A stretch of 63,844 bases of DNA, filler included, from Globobulimina sp. (GCA_003354225.1; 23 parts of 23 records of this genome joined end to end with filler, not necessarily neighbours in it), one strand, 5' to 3'. Counted from the whole stretch's first letter, positions 12,780 to 24,933 are shown. The notes: generated from the sequence alone by a model not told the origin. Translations and numbers: made by a program.

Positions 12780-13673
12780 ATGTCTACAAACGCAGCAAAA
12801 ACAAAAAAACAGATTTTATTGCAACCCATCAACTTAAATGAATTTACACAGGAAAAAAATGAGGTAAATTGCGTCAGGAAATGTATACTGTCCATGGCCT
12901 ATCCGATGGAATCTGTCGCACAAATTCCATCCGTTACATCCTATGGAGTTTGGTACATGGCGCCGGAATATTATTTATTTGAATCTCTCGTTATGAGTGT
13001 AATCGCAGTTATTATTATATTAATGGCAGATTCGTTGCTTATAGCAGACGAATGTTACACTCTCAACACACAACAATCGTTATTTGAATACATTTTAAAA
13101 TATTTATTGACCATTGATTTCGGTTTGCATATATATTATAAATCGGGCAATGCACCACACGGCAGAGGAGCATGGTGGTTATTACAACCATGTTCGGTCA
13201 ATCACATTTTAATGTTAATAGTATTATGGAATCCATCATTTCTTACAACCCAACGCTTACAATATTTATTAACATTGACCTGTGGTGCTTTGAACGCATT
13301 GCTATTTCCAGATCACTCTACAAACACTCAATACCTTTCCGCGTATCATTTTTGGTTTCAACATCTTGCCATATACTTATTACCTCATTTGTGGTTAATA
13401 AGAAATGCAAATCTCATACAAGAAACGCTATCTATTTTCAACGTACTCAAAGCGCACGCATTCATGATGATATATTGCTTCGTCATCGTACAAATCTGTG
13501 CGATTGCAAGCGGTGTCAATATAAATTATTGTTTATCTCCGCCCAAAACAAAGATATTAACTCAACATGGCAAAAAATATCGCATTGTTATGACCTGTCT
13601 GATGTTCGTAGGACATCTCATATGCGGATATATTATACCTACATCATTGTTATACATAGCTTCCTATTTCTAA
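12780..13673 (+). CDS. TMEM164-like integral membrane protein (true start may be ATG 12894)
   Basis: YYK...LLQPC, ALLFPD, FWFQH and VNINYCLSPP follow the TMEM164 pattern, with multiple TM helices. Confidence 0.7.
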   Translation: MSTNAAKTKKQILLQPINLNEFTQEKNEVNCVRKCILSMAYPMESVAQIPSVTSYGVWYMAPEYYLFESLVMSVIAVIIILMADSLLIADECYTLNTQQSLFEYILKYLLTIDFGLHIYYKSGNAPHGRGAWWLLQPCSVNHILMLIVLWNPSFLTTQRLQYLLTLTCGALNALLFPDHSTNTQYLSAYHFWFQHLAIYLLPHLWLIRNANLIQETLSIFNVLKAHAFMMIYCFVIVQICAIASGVNINYCLSPPKTKILTQHGKKYRIVMTCLMFVGHLICGYIIPTSLLYIASYF

Positions 13674-13936
13674 TGCACTTCAAAAAAAGGCAAACATATA
13701 CAAAATTTGTGCATGTTTGTCGCAACACTTTTTTTGTGTTAATATTTATTACAACTGTTTCTATAAAAATTCAAAAAACAATGTTCACCAAAAACAATTC
13801 AAACAAACCNNNNNNNNNNNNNNNNNNNNNNNNNNNNNNNNNNNNNNNNNNNNTTAATTAATTAANNNNNNNNNNNNNNNNNNNNNNNNNNNNNNNNNNN
13901 NNNNNNNNNGGATTTGGTGCATATGCTAAGCGAATA

Positions 13937-14120
13937 CCGTAGGGCATGTAATGTTCGCGCGCATGTAATGTTCGCGCCAGCATGTTGGCGCGAACAATAC
14001 ATGCGCGGACAATACATTCTATATCCAAAATGGAGCGCGCCTCTATCGAGGCGCGAACAATACCTGCGCGAACAAAACATTCCGCGAACATAAAGTGCGC
14101 GAACATTACATGCCCTACGG
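13937..14120. mobile_element. 184-bp MITE (Tc1/mariner/pogo-type)
   Basis: Perfect 24-bp TIRs (CCGTAGGGCATGTAATGTTCGCGC, 13937-13960 and 14097-14120) with TA on both sides. Internal ~16-bp GCGCGAACAATACAT-like repeats. Confidence 0.85.
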
Positions 14121-14130
14121 TATGCGAGTT

Positions 14131-14391
14131 TGTTGGATACCGTTTCTTGGACAGAACGAATGGTAGAGACTTGGTTGTTTCGCAGTTCATTTTTATTGAT
14201 ATTATTGCTCTGTTATATGGATATTAGATCATTCCACATGGCCCGCATAAGAAGATAATATTTTTATCTTTCAAAATATGCAATGGTATGAATGATGAAT
14301 GATATATAACAAGAGACAAATTGAGATGATGATGAATGGCGAATACGATTTGGCGCTGCGACGCGTAGTGTCCAAGAAACGGTATCCAACA
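14131..14391 (-). mobile_element. LTR-like unit (TG...CA) with 23-bp perfect inverted ends
   Basis: TGTTGGATACCGTTTCTTGGACA at 14131-14153 and its reverse complement at 14369-14391. Minus-strand AATAAA at 14192-14197. Lies directly 3' of the gypsy pol. Confidence 0.6.
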
Positions 14392-14420
14392 AAAACGTTC
14401 AGTTCAAGAGTCACGACACT

Positions 14421-16590
14421 TTAATATAAGTCCCGCATTGAAGGTAGATAGGTGTCTTTGATGGTGTGGGCATTGAGGCCCCGATAATCGACACACATTC
14501 GCCGTTCTTTCTTCCCATTCCGAGTGGGTTTTGGGACTACAATCAATGGTGAAGCCCATTCTGATTCAGCTTCTTCGATAAATCCAGCGTTTTTAAGCTC
14601 TTGAATCTGTCGATGCATTTCCTCACTGTGTGCGTAACAATGAGGGTAAGGTTTCTTTGAAATAGGCATAGTGCCTGGCTTTAGAGTGATAGCGAATTCT
14701 TCGCCAGGTAAGACTCCAATGTCGGTGGCATTCTTGGCATAGCTGGACCTGTGAGCATTGATTAATTCCGTGAATAGCGCGCGGGTGCCAAGGTCGTCGA
14801 TCTCACTGCAATGAACTTGACTCTGAAAGTCGGCTCCGTCATCTTTGGAGATATCTATATCTTGGATGCCTGGATTTTCTAAGGCAGTTTGCTGCACTAA
14901 TATTTCTTCGTGATATCTCTTTGAGAGGGAACGGTCGGAAGCGTTGATGTAGACGTATTTGGTGACCCCATAATCAGTGTCCAAATCGCGGAAATAGAAT
15001 AATTGTTTCTGTTTCGCTTTCAGACTTGCGAAGTGTTTCCTTTTTAAAGGATATTCCATGTGTTTCCACATGTCACCCATATAAGTCTTCGTTGAGCATT
15101 TCTTGGGTCGCAGTATTTGAGAAAATCTTCCCATTGGGGTCTATGATTTGATAGCCCATTTTGAGGAATAGACTGCGACTGATGATAAATTTATGCGGCG
15201 AATTGTGCAAAAGATAAAACTTGGTAATCAAGTCGGCGCCTTTTGTACGAATATGGAGCGGAATATATTCTGAGATCATTGACGGTCCTGACATAAAGAC
15301 TTATAAGCATAAGTTTTATCAATACAACAGATACTAGCACCAGAATCGAACATACCTCGGATTCGCCCAAATAAGCTGGTATGCAAATCCATGTCCGCGG
15401 TGGTATTAGTACTGCCGTACAGGTCTAAATAAATAGGGTCTAAGCTTAGACTGATCTTTTCGGCGCTTTGCGCAATCGCGATGTTTTCCATTTCGACATC
15501 ATCGAAATCTTATTCGGTGTCATAGGCGACGCGTGCTTCATACTCGTCGCAAATCATCTCGGTTTCGTGCATAGTATCACAGTCTTCCGGCTGTACGAGG
15601 TAGATACTATGAAAATCATAGTTTTTGAAACGGTTAGAGACGCCGGGGATACTGATAAGTATAGTCATTAGTACCCTGCTCAATGTCCTGCGCTTCGGCG
15701 CTATCTTGAGTGTCGACAGCGCTGACAGCCATAATAGATCGAGTTGGTTCAACCACAGGCTTTGGTTGTGGCTGCCAATCTTTGAATTCGATACGGCGTC
15801 GGTTGGCAAGAGTCATTTTCTCGGCGGTGCCCGCTTGAGGATGTGCCTTAAGCCATTCTTGATAGGCTAACTTCTCTTTGTAGGCATAACATGTTTCCTT
15901 CTTATGCCCGGGCGTATCATCTGGAATCAACTCAATCTCCGACTCGTCAATTTCGTGCTCAGGTCCATTTTGACAGAGGAGAAAAATTGAGGCTTTGCTT
16001 GTCTGGCTCTTGTAGCCAATGGGATCGCAATCTTCAGTGTCAATCTGTGTACAGACTAGGGCTAAGACTGCGAGATTCTCGACTTCAAAGAGGCGCTGCA
16101 TACGAATACGAATCTTCGATTTATTCAATTTGGCACCCAAATCACTATCCATTACGACTTGCAATAATTTCTTATATCGAAAGCCTAATGCCATATTATG
16201 TAACTCGCAGGCGTTTTTGTAGGATAATAACCATTTCGGCACATCAGCGGTGGCGCTTAACTTAGGTTCATACTTCTCACAGATAGGTACCATCATCCAA
16301 ATTCTCGCCGACTAACTGTCGGCCTTGACGATAAACGAGCGGAGTCGCAATGTCCACAAAAATATCGCGCAATTCGGCTCGTTGGACCTCCTCGCGACTG
16401 ACGGACTCGATGTTTACATCGGTATTTTGTTGAACGCGGGTTAATTGCGCGATTTGGTTCGCTTGGGTGGCCATATTCGCTGCGTTTTGTCCAATGATGG
16501 CATTCGCCTGTGCCATTGGCGCTGTGTTGTGTTCAATTCCAGGATTGGCACTGCGAAATCTGCTACGAATATTGCGCGGGTCGGGCGAGC
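14421..16590 (-). mobile_element. Degenerate Ty3/gypsy retrotransposon: gag-like region, aspartic protease, start of RT; frameshifted and truncated
   Basis: Protease FDSGASICCI. RT KKPYP...EWASPLIVVPKP...RMCVDYRGLN. Partial knuckle GHKKETC. Several frameshifts. No YxDD, RNase H or integrase. Confidence 0.9.
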
Positions 16591-16690
16591 NNNNNNNNNN
16601 NNNNNNNNNNNNNNNNNNNNNNNNNNNNNNNNNNTTAATTAATTAANNNNNNNNNNNNNNNNNNNNNNNNNNNNNNNNNNNNNNNNNNNN

Positions 16691-19101
16691 GCATTAGCTC
16701 TCAAACAAGAAAATACCGAATGTATGTTCTATAACTTACATTTTCAATGTCGTACATCGCTTACAATGCTTCTATATTTCCATCAAGTTTATCTTCGCAG
16801 ATTCGCACCACCAAAAAAATCATGCAACCCAAATTCGACTCAGTTTGAAACTTCCAAACATTTTTTGTGCGTAGTTTCAAACCAAAATCATTGCACTGAC
16901 CTTTTTTCTCAACATTTTGAGCCTAAAACCACCAAAAAAAATATACAGTGTTATATGAGCATGTCGCAGCTGTGTCGCACCCCAAAAATACCGACACTTT
17001 TCACAAATATTGGAGCGCAGAAAAAGTTCGCTCATATTTCAAGCCGAGCGCCACCGCCTTACTCGCCGTAACACAGTGGCTATCCGACAACGGCTTCGAT
17101 GCAGAAAATGGCAAAATATCCATGGTGAACGACTATGGAAATGTAATCCATGTCTCGTTAACGTGCGGCGATGCGAATAGGCTCTTAAATGCACAGTATA
17201 TCATTTACGAAAACACCAAGAATGGCAATACCCATTTACGCGTAAAAGACGGTGTATACAATATTCCAGATACGGTCCATGAACACATTGATTTTATGTC
17301 GCCCACCATACGTTTTCCAATCAGTAAACATTCGCTGCAGATACAAACTATGAGTGCAAAACAGATTGAATTTGTCAAATCGCATACAAAAGATTCCAAG
17401 AAAGAGTACAAAATCGGCGTACAAGACGACCAAGAAGCAGATGACGACGATACGGATGAGACTGATGACAGTGATACAACTCCAAATATACCGAGTCGGA
17501 TATTTGATTTGTATGATATGAATGATGCGGTGGCGGACATTATTGATGCGACGAGCAGCGATAGTTTGGATGATTCCATTTGTAGGCAATCCATTGCCTC
17601 ATTTATTCAGCAATATTATAGTGACAGTTCAGTGGAAATGCAATAAAATTTCTATTGTTTTTGCAGTTTCAAACGAATGTGATATTTTTTTTGTAGGTGA
17701 TATTGAGCTATTTCGTGAAAAATTGGACGTTTATCCAGAATCTGTCATGGAACGCGTGCCAATCACACAACCGCAGGGATTTGGATCCGAGGCAGAGTTG
17801 GATACTCAATATATTTCAGTTAAGTTTGAGTGACTTCAGTAAAAAAAAACTTCACTGTGCTTCATGATGGCTGCTTGCTTTTTGTTTGAAACGTGTCAAC
17901 GTAAACATTTTTTGTGTGTAGTCCACAGGCAAAGGAATATATACTTACGTGTATTACATCGATAGTGATGATATTTTTGTGAGCTTAGCCGAAGCAATAT
18001 TAGCTACTGACATACCGCCATTGGTCGTATCCATATCTTATGGCGCAGATGAATATGAATTAGGAGCAGATTGGGTGAGACGGTGTAACGAAGAATTTGG
18101 CAAATTAGCCTTAATTGGCACCACTGTATTAGCCTCATCTGGCGATTCTGGTATACGCGGCAATGACGATGATTGTCTATATGGTACCGGTGAATATAGC
18201 CAACAACAAGCAAATCACAACCCAAATCATAGAAATTTGTTGAAACAATCTGGCAAAGGTACAAAAAAAAGGCAATCCTCCGGTGAAAGTTATACATTTA
18301 TCGCTTCATTCCCTGCCTCAGCCCCTTATGTTACTGCAGTTGCGTAAAATTATTTTTTTATTTTTGTGTGAAATTTCCGGGAACCTATAAAAAAACACAC
18401 TTTTTTTCTTGAGTACAGTGATGCATGAATGTTCCCGGAAATTTTTGGGAACAACAAAATTAATCCAAATAAATAAAAATCTTTCAGGTTGGCGGCACAG
18501 AGGGCGGAATCGTGCAAGATTCCGTTACAGAGTGCACCGGAGAGACCGCATGGTTGTACAGCGGTGGTGGGTTTAGTGAGTTTTTTGAGGCTCCAGAATG
18601 GCAAACGGATGCTATAAATAATTATTTTTCGCAAGAAAGTGTTACTTTCCCTGATGAAGCTCGTTACACATCGACGGGAAGAGCCTATCCAGACATTTCC
18701 GCGCAATCTGTTGATTATGTCATTGCGTATGATTCTGAATTTTATTTAGTATCTGGAACGTCTGCGTCATCGCCGACCGTGGCGGGCATGATTTCGATGA
18801 TAAATTATGCGAGAATTAAGGCGGGGAAGTCTTCGTTGGGTTTCTTGAATCCATCGTTGTACGAATTGTACGATTCCGATCAAAGTTTAGTGGCAAACTC
18901 TATACTTTTTGGTGAAATACAACATATTTTGTTTCGATCGATGTAGGTTTGTATTTTAATGATGTGGTGGAAGGCTACAATATCGGTTGTGAGTGTGATG
19001 AGAATATTGGCTTTTATGCAGCAGAAGGTTGGGATCCTTTGTCTGGTGTTGGAACGCCAAAATTTTCACAATTATATGATGCTTTGTTGGATATGGATTA
19101 A
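16691..19101 (+). CDS. Tripeptidyl-peptidase I / sedolisin (S53), 5' partial; introns 16722-16948, 17627-17696, 17819-17921, 18339-18487, 18885-18946
   Basis: Prodomain, EAELDTQY, SISYG, SSGDSG, FPASAPYVTAVGGT, GRAYPDISA, GTSASSP and GWDPLSGVGTP. The five GT-AG introns restore one frame. Confidence 0.95.
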
Positions 19102-19532
19102 CTCAGAAATCAAACTATAGAAAACATAAAACTTTTTTTTGTTTTGTGTCATTTGCATTTTATGTTTGAACACTGTCTATATTTCTATTTGTTTCTTTTC
19201 TTCTCTTTCATGCATCGTCGCATCTGTTTGCTCAACAAAATAACTCTTGAAAGTGTTTCTGTTTTAATTTTCTTTTTTTTCTATTTTTTTTGAATCAAAC
19301 AAGTCTGAATTATAATCGATAAATAATCAAATTTAGACATTTTAAATATTTTTTTTTTTTTTTTTAATTATNNNNNNNNNNNNNNNNNNNNNNNNNNNNN
19401 NNNNNNNNNNNNNNNTTAATTAATTAANNNNNNNNNNNNNNNNNNNNNNNNNNNNNNNNNNNNNNNNNNNNAATTATATCATCGTTTCTGCTTTATTTTC
19501 GATTCACTGTATACATATAATATTAATTATAT

Positions 19533-21326
19533 TCACTCCGAAAGCAACTGAGTGGATCCTAAATAAAGCAGAAATGATGATAACTGTACAAAAGCAGAGT
19601 TTGGCGGCGCAAACACTGTAAACGGTCCATCGCCAGATAACACTTCGACTAATTCTTCCTGAACAACAGCAGCAACCAAAATACTAAATTTCTCAAAACT
19701 TGTAGCAATTTGCACTACCGTATCAAACAAAGGCAACAATACTCGATCAATCACGTGAGCCACACCATTTTTTGCTTGCACATTGGCTAAAATGATGGAG
19801 GCAATACCTGTCAAAGACTCTTGTTGATCCACAACATTTATCACATCCTGTTCATACAATATTATTTCCTGACTATCAGATTTCAATGTTTCTAATTCCG
19901 CGCTGACAATCCGACTCCGACCATAATTCCTTCTGTAACTGTAACCGTTAAAGAAATCGCCAGTTAATAAAAACTGCCCAATCACATGATACAACAAAAT
20001 ATCCCTTAAACTGGGAATATTTAACAAGTCCTCCACAGTGATATCCAAAGCACCTAACAATATCTCAAAGGCTGCGTTATTCGGCGCAAACACTGTAAAA
20101 GGACCATTACTCATTAATACCTCCACCAAGTCAGCCTTAATAACCGCAGCCACCAAAATACTGAAATCGTCAAAGGAAGTTGCAATGTCCACTACAGTTT
20201 GAAATAACGGCAACAACACTGAATCAATCACATGAACCACACCGTTTTGAGCCTGCACGTCGGACAAACCAATGTGCGCTACGCCATCTTGTTGATCAAT
20301 AATTTTTATTTGTGAGCTAGAACCAACATTAACTTTTACACTCTGACCATCAGAAATGAATGTTTCTATATACCTGCCATCCAATTGTAGCAAATCAGCC
20401 GTCAATAAAAAATTGCCAATCACATGATATAAAACAATATCTTGTAAGCTTGGAATGGCCAATAAATCCTCCACTGTTATACTCAAAGCATCCATCAATG
20501 CAATAAATGCTGTGTTTGTAGGAGCAAATACCGTAAATGGGCCTGGCCCGCGAACTGTATCAAGTAACGCAGTGTGGGAGACTGCGGCGACTAAAATACT
20601 GAAAGCATCAAAGCTCGCTGCAATATCTGCGATTGTATCAAATAATGGCAGTAACACAGCATCCACGGCATGAACAATGCCATTGCTGGCTTGTAAATCC
20701 TTGAGGATAATGTTGGAGGCCGCTCCTTGTTGGTCTGTCAATATAATGGATGAGTAGCCGCCGGAATCAATGTGGATAGATTGACCATTTAAGGTATTAA
20801 TAGTATGTGAGTTTAGTAAATGAGTGGTGGATAAGGAGCCACTCACCGCATGGTACAGCAATATCTGATCAAGCGAGGGTATGGCTAACAAGCCATCGAC
20901 TGTTATAGCTAAGGCTGCGAGTAGCGCTTCGAAGGCAGCATTGGTGGGCGCAAAGACTGTGAATGGCCCAGTTCCGGATAAGGCGTTGACTAAATTTTCT
21001 TGAGTTAGTGCAGTTACGAGAATACTGAAATCATCAGAACTTAATGCTATGTCAATAATAGTTGGTCCTTCAACAGCAGGCACGGGTACTGGTGCTGCGA
21101 CATTTTCGTTTCTGTGGTTGTCTCTGTCTGTTCCTTTTTCCTTTTCGGCATCTCGTTGTTGAGTGTTTTTAGCACCTCGGCCACCTCCTCTTTCTTTGTA
21201 TGGTTTATCGGCTCTTGCGGAGTGTGATAGGTTAGGTATTGTTGTATAAATTGCGATTATTGATAGGAGGACTGAGTATGTATTTATTTGTGTGTTTAGT
21301 ATATTATAATTCTGACATTCTGACAT
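19533..21326 (-). CDS. Secreted fasciclin (FAS1) repeat protein, at least 4 repeats; ends uncertain
   Basis: Four copies of FSILV...GPFTVFAP[TNP]N and three of ILLYH-like...A.NG.[VA]H.[IV]D.VLLP. Hydrophobic leader. Confidence 0.92.
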   Translation of the reverse strand: MSECQNYNILNTQINTYSVLLSIIAIYTTIPNLSHSARADKPYKERGGGRGAKNTQQRDAEKEKGTDRDNHRNENVAAPVPVPAVEGPTIIDIALSSDDFSILVTALTQENLVNALSGTGPFTVFAPTNAAFEALLAALAITVDGLLAIPSLDQILLYHAVSGSLSTTHLLNSHTINTLNGQSIHIDSGGYSSIILTDQQGAASNIILKDLQASNGIVHAVDAVLLPLFDTIADIAASFDAFSILVAAVSHTALLDTVRGPGPFTVFAPTNTAFIALMDALSITVEDLLAIPSLQDIVLYHVIGNFLLTADLLQLDGRYIETFISDGQSVKVNVGSSSQIKIIDQQDGVAHIGLSDVQAQNGVVHVIDSVLLPLFQTVVDIATSFDDFSILVAAVIKADLVEVLMSNGPFTVFAPNNAAFEILLGALDITVEDLLNIPSLRDILLYHVIGQFLLTGDFFNGYSYRRNYGRSRIVSAELETLKSDSQEIILYEQDVINVVDQQESLTGIASIILANVQAKNGVAHVIDRVLLPLFDTVVQIATSFEKFSILVAAVVQEELVEVLSGDGPFTVFAPPNSAFVQLSSFLLYLGSTQLLSE

Positions 21327-22549
21327 AAACTCGTATACAAATACGGTGATTTTAAAGGTGGTTTGTTTAGTATTGCTATTTGCAATAACTTGTGTTTGTT
21401 TGTAATCCTATTTGTAATGATAATAATTGTTGTTTCTGTTATTATTTCTTTCGGTTTTTATTCGATGTTTGTAGCATTATTATCATTCATCAGTTACATT
21501 AATTGTTAAACCATTATTATGCCGTGTTTTTGATTAATAATTTGGTTATATATTGATTAAATTCCATATAGATGCATCCCATTAATTCGGAATCAACAAA
21601 CCCCGTTAAAATCACCGGTCTTATTTGCATCGATGTTTGTAAACAAGCAGAAGAATATTCTTGTCAACTAAACGGAATTTATACGACATGATAAAGTGAT
21701 GTTTTTTGAAATGCTCGGAGTTTTTGAGAGAGGATTTAGTGTCACAGTTTTTTCTGTGACAGGAAAGTAGGTTCCAGATTTGCGTCAGAATTAAAATAAT
21801 CTCTTCAGTTTACAATTATTATTATTAATTTTCATATTATTTCAAGGTGAATTAGGTGATCCTGTCCAGAGATCATATTTTGTTTTTGTAATATTTATTT
21901 ATTTATCCCCTTGGGAAAAGCGATTTTTTTGAGCTTCCCATGGGTTTTGTTTACTTAATATGGAGCTAGTTGGATTTATTTGGAAAAAAAAGAAAGAAAA
22001 AAAGTTCCTTTAAACTGCTTTATATTTTTACACAAAGTACTTCACTAACATACATGCATGGAATTAGCATTATGAATTTGCCTGCTTATTTTTTAGCAAA
22101 GATAACAGCCATTCAATTTTGAAGTTTTTGAGTTAGTACTTACTTTCAGTTTNNNNNNNNNNNNNNNNNNNNNNNNNNNNNNNNNNNNNNNNNNNNTTAA
22201 TTAATTAANNNNNNNNNNNNNNNNNNNNNNNNNNNNNNNNNNNNNNNNNNNNATTTTTTTTATTTGAGGCAATTATATTCGTTGTTTTGTGAGTATTTGA
22301 TCTATAACATTTCCATATTGGTATTATTGGAAAGAATAATATTTGTTGAACTGTATTGATATAGCGAAGAGCGAATGGATAATGGCATTTGCCAATTGTG
22401 ACTTGCGTCACCTCGCTTAATACTATGGCGGGTACACAATAACCAATACACGTAATGTACGCTAATATATTTAGCGTGGACATGACAAATCAGCTGCAAC
22501 TAAACATAGATATAACAAAAACTAAAACTAAAAACTTGTAGTTCAAAGC

Positions 22550-23348
22550 ATGAGCAACAAAACTTACATTTTTAACAAAAAAACAGGCGCATTTGAATGT
22601 CTTCGTTGCAATTACCAATCAAAAACAAAATCTGGAATTTGCAAACATGTATTTGATGAAAAAAGGAAGGAAAATCGTTTGACTCCATTTGATCTGCATA
22701 GAACTAAACAATGTGGTCAAAATTCCAGAACGTGTCGTTATTGTCATCCTGAACAAGAAATACTGCAAAAGGATGTGGATGGAGCATCAAAGCATAATTT
22801 AAATAGTACAATCCAATTTGACTCAAAATCCATACCAAAATTATTATCCTTCGAATACCGATACCGGCATAAATTTAATGAAAAACATTTAAACCAATTA
22901 AAAACAGCAAATAAAAGGAAAAATGGTTTAAAGAAAATGATTAAGAATCGAATCGAGAAAAGAATTAAGTTTTATGACGAAAAGAATGACGGCAAACATT
23001 GATATCGCAATGCATAATTTAGGACTTTGTTGCCGATGGTGTTTGAACAGATGGTATAAAATATCATATTTGACAGCAATAAATGAGAAGACAATCAATC
23101 AAATAACAACATACACACATACTTATATCAATGATTTTATTTTAAATGGCAGTGATTCAATGAAACAATTTATGACAGAAATGCCAAAACAACATGCAAA
23201 TGATATGTTTTATCAACCGGGAAATTATGTATTCTTTGAGAAAAATGGGGTTTATCAAGTTACATTGGATAAAAATAACAACCCAAAGAAAAGAAAAAGC
23301 CATAACAATAAGTGTCAAAACAAAGCAAAACGTCGTAAATTAAATTAA
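22550..23348 (+). CDS. Two overlapping hypothetical ORFs (22550-23002, 22974-23348) with Cys/His motifs
   Basis: FECLRCNYQSKTKSGICKH (C2H2-like), CRYCH and CCRWC, with a basic C-terminus. May be one frameshifted gene. Confidence 0.45.
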
Positions 23349-23571
23349 TATGTTTCATATGGTGGTTTGTTTAATTATGGGATTATGAAATAATTATAGA
23401 ATTAGGAAATAATTTACTGTATTAATAGATTTATTTATCACTTTATTTATCACTTTAGTCGATAGTTTAAAGTGTACAGTTTTTGTATGTCAGTCCATGT
23501 CTTCGTCCTGCAGAGCCTCTAAACAATTTTCTCCATATACGCTTGCCACATCACGGCAAAAGCCACCACAA

Positions 23572-24933
23572 ATGTTCACTATCCTGCTATCATCCGTTGT
23601 GATTGCCGGCGGTACCTATTTTTTATACCAATATTTATTTGGAGAGAAAGATGACGAAGAACACTATGAAAATGAAATGCCGCACAACAACGATATAGAA
23701 GAAGAGGCAGAGGATGATTCCACTGGATATAAATTACGAATATTTTTCGGCTCACAATCCGGAACCGCGGAAGGATTCGCTTTCGATATGGAAAAAGAAG
23801 CGAAAAAATTTGGTTTCGGTGCCAAGGCCCTAGATTTGGAAGACTTTGACCCTGAAGATTTAGGCAGCGAATCCTTAGTAATATTTCTTGTCGCAACGTA
23901 TGGCGAAGGCGAACCAACCGATAATGCACAAGAATTTTACAATTGGTTATCGTCAGAATCTGATCGAAGCGATGACGAACTACCCAACCTCGAATATGCC
24001 GTCTTTGGTTTAGGTAACTCGCAGTACGAATTTTTTAATTCAATGGGAAAACAGTTTGATAAATTACTGGACCAATACGGTATGAAACGTGTATAAAATT
24101 TCTGGAATATTCTCTATGATTTAACATCGAAAACACTCTGACTTTGCATAATAAACAGGAGCAACACGTATATTTGAGCTAGGACTCGGCGACGATGACA
24201 TCGGATCCATTGAAGATCAATTTGGTGAATGGAAGGATGCATTGTATCCCTTTTTATGCAGTAAGTACTTAGGCATTGATGACATGATCGATGATAATTC
24301 ATTTGAGACCTCATTGCGAGTCGATATATTAACTGAATCGGACGCAAATTATGCCATTGCGGCCAATGTGAAATTGCCATATAATTTAACTAATTATAAA
24401 GGAGATAATGAAATGACTGGCGAGAGAATTGACAAATCGCTATTTGTGCCATCCAGAAATAAACCATATTTTGGACGCATTGGTATCTGTAAAGTGGTCA
24501 ATAAATATGAATTGCGACAGCATACAAAAGATGGCAGCACATTGCATATTGATTTTAATTTGAGCTCCGACGCCGAGCATAAATGCGATAATCCGATCAT
24601 AGGCTATCACACCGCGGATAACATGGGATTTATACCGCGGAATAACCATAAAATGGTGGATAAGTTCTGTCAGCGCTTACAGTTAAATAAGAAATCTGTG
24701 ATTCAAATACAACCCAAAGACGGCGGCGACGGATCCAGTACAAACTATACATTTCCCTCCATTGTATCCATCGAGAATTTATTTTTATGGTTTTTAGACA
24801 TAAACGGCGCTCCAAATAAGAAATTGTTGACCATTTTAGCCAATAATTTTACCGGTGATCAAGAGGAGAAAGAAGAGATTCTATCATTATGTGATAATTT
24901 GCAGCAGAATGTGACCACTAAACATTGGAAAAT
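23572..24933 (+). CDS. POR: NADPH-cytochrome P450 reductase (3' partial; intron 24080-24158)
   Basis: N-terminal membrane anchor, FFGSQSGTAE, ATYGEGEPTDNA, YAVFGLGNSQYEFFN, LGLGDDD, then the FAD domain (STLHIDF, YHTADN). Confidence 0.93.

Noticed and set aside
13858-14227. ORFs with repeated ARTIH-like peptides
   Set aside because: They are translations of the non-coding MITE repeats.
14351-14365. TGGCGCTGCG as a retroelement primer-binding site
   Set aside because: It is on the strand opposite gag-pol and inside the TG...CA unit, not just after it.
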